A stretch of DNA of 64,000 bases, taken from Paraspadella gotoi (taxonomy: Eukaryota; Animalia; Chaetognatha). The DNA lies in the NCBI GenBank assembly GCA_051294375.1, contig CM119270.1, positions 959,238 through 1,023,237 on the forward strand, given 5' to 3'. The notes beneath the pieces were generated by a model that saw only the letters and a program-made list of their open reading frames with translations, was not told the origin of the DNA and did no database searches. The position numbers were made by a program, and so were the translations under genes. Within the stretch, counting starts at the first letter, position 1. Each line of letters starts with the position of its first letter. Below are positions 62,301 to 64,000 of this stretch, in pieces.

Positions 62301-62956
62301 TTAGAAATAGATCACAATAGTTTTTAATGCTTTTAATTATAAAAAAATTAACTATGTTAATTAATTTAAAAAACCATTTAAAATTTTCAAATATTTTTAT
62401 TATCATGATTAAAATATGTAATCCTTAAAAAAATAGTAAATTATTATTTGAAAATATTAAAAAAGACAATTTAAAAATCTTAGCTCTTTAACACCCCTGG
62501 CTTAAGCCCTATGAATATTTTAAAAATAGTTGAATATGATAAATTAAAAGCATTATCATTAGTAATTAACTTGATTAATGATAATTATATTAAAAAAAAA
62601 AAAGAAAAAAGCTAAAAAATATTCATAAAAGGTGAAATTCCATATTTTGGCTCTTTAACACCCCTGGCTCGGGCGAAAAAGTTTTTTTTTTTAAATAAAA
62701 CTTTTTTAGTTAAAAAGAGCTTGGAAAAACGAACAGAATGACACCGAGACTGGTTGTTTATTTAAAACATTGTCGGATTCAAATGTGTCTATTAGACACA
62801 AGGTTGAGACAGAGAATGATTTATTCTCTCAAAAAGTGAAAAGCAATAACAAGATCAATACTACGTCGGGTCACTATTTACAGGACAAAGGAACAAACAT
62901 AAGGACATGTTCAGGACATGGTAAAACAAAGGATAAGTCGTGAAACCCGTTGGTGA

Positions 62957-62992
<36 letters not shown>

Positions 62993-63666
62993 CTCTTGTC
63001 AGTTGTTGAATTTGAGAGGTCACGTGTTCAAGGCTGCCACACATTCCTATTTAATTTGCATTAGAGCGGACAATTTCATTACTGAACTTCCCTCCATCCT
63101 TCTCTCTCTTAGTCTACGGTTTCTACGACGAGTGCCAGACAAAGTATGGCAACGCCAACGCCTGGCGTCATTGCTGCAAAGTCTTCGACCTTCTTACCGT
63201 CGCCGCCATCATCGACAACCAGGTGCTCTGCGTCCACGGCGGCCTCTCCCCCGACATCAAGACGCTGGACCAGATCCGCACCATCGAACGGAACCAAGAG
63301 ATCCCTCACAAGGGGGCATTTTGCGACCTCGTCTGGTCCGATCCCGAGGACGTGGACACGTGGGCAATCAGCCCTCGCGGCGCGGGTTGGCTCTTCGGAC
63401 CCAAGGTCACCTCCAAGTTCGTCCACCTCAACGACCTCAAACTCATCTGTCGCGCCCACCAGCTCGTCCACGAGGGCTACAAGTATCTCTTCGAGGATCG
63501 CGTGGTTACCGTCTGGTCCGCGCCCAACTATTGTTATCGTTGCGGCAACGTCGCCGCCGTCCTCGAATTCCGAGACGTGGAGTCGAGAGAGGCCAAGCTT
63601 TTCAAGGCCGTCCCGGATTCGGAGAGGGTCATTCCACAGCGGACCACCACGCCCTACTTTTTGTGA
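59379..63666 (+). CDS. PPP6C: Serine/threonine protein phosphatase 6 catalytic subunit
   Basis: [75 protein letters not shown]-terminus TTPYFL. Exons 59379-59742 and 63113-63666. Confidence 0.95.
59755..60018 (+). repeat. G-rich minisatellite (~23 bp unit GGGGGAATGGGTTGAAGGGTGTCA) directly downstream of a splice donor; G-quadruplex-prone
   Basis: About 10 tandem copies are visible. Confidence 0.9.
60214..62791. mobile_element. Foldback-like non-autonomous DNA element with long (several hundred bp) imperfect TIRs, in the PPP6C intron
   Basis: TAGACACATTTGAATCCGACAA...TTCGCCCGAGCCAGGGGTG at the left mirrors CACCCCTGGCTCGGGCGAA...TTGTCGGATTCAAATGTGTCTA at the right; internal subrepeats are present in both arms. 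Confidence 0.85.
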
Positions 63667-64000
63667 ACATACCTTTTTTTAATTGGGTCGGGGGGGGGGG
63701 AAGGAGGGGGTGGGAGAAAGGAGGGAGAGAGATAGAGATACCTTCGCGCGCAGAAGGTGAAATGCGGGGCGATTCGCATTTAAACTTCCTTAGCTTCTTT
63801 TCTTTTTATTACATAGTCTCTTAGAAATTTTTTTTTTTTTAATTCTCACCAGCAATTGTTGACTCGCGCTCGGATGAAACGTTCCCCATTGTAAAAACCA
63901 GCGCGTAAAGATTAATACAGTCGAAACCGCGTCGCGAGATGTAATTAAAGTAGCGGACAATATTTTCTATTTTCTTTTTTTCCTGTCATTTTTGATTTAT

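Overview
Eukaryotic (invertebrate-animal-like) genomic DNA with GC-rich exons and AT-rich introns. Nine consecutive multi-exon housekeeping genes lie on the + strand with short spacers (about 0.3-1.1 kb): VPS52, DCTN1, DIS3L2, a BAR-PH-RhoGAP (GRAF/OPHN1 family), NUP35, a FASTK/RAP-domain protein, USP19, mitochondrial acyl carrier protein (NDUFAB1) and PPP6C. An SLC22-like transporter gene is nested antisense in a DCTN1 intron. Introns also hold a rearranged, frameshifted DIRS tyrosine-recombinase retrotransposon, several MITE/foldback and Helentron-like elements, and a dispersed octamer-containing palindrome. The most striking signal is a group of tRNA-headed (Pol III type) short retroelements carrying circularly permuted (type-P5) twister ribozyme motifs, whose pseudoknot covaries between copies. 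One of them is a 450-nt tandem array with two twisters exactly one unit apart, a retrozyme-like layout that could release a circularisable monomer RNA. Many introns begin G/purine-rich and end C-rich, and have weak donors and frequent AAG acceptors. All exon boundaries and RNA structures were read by eye; none was computed or tested.
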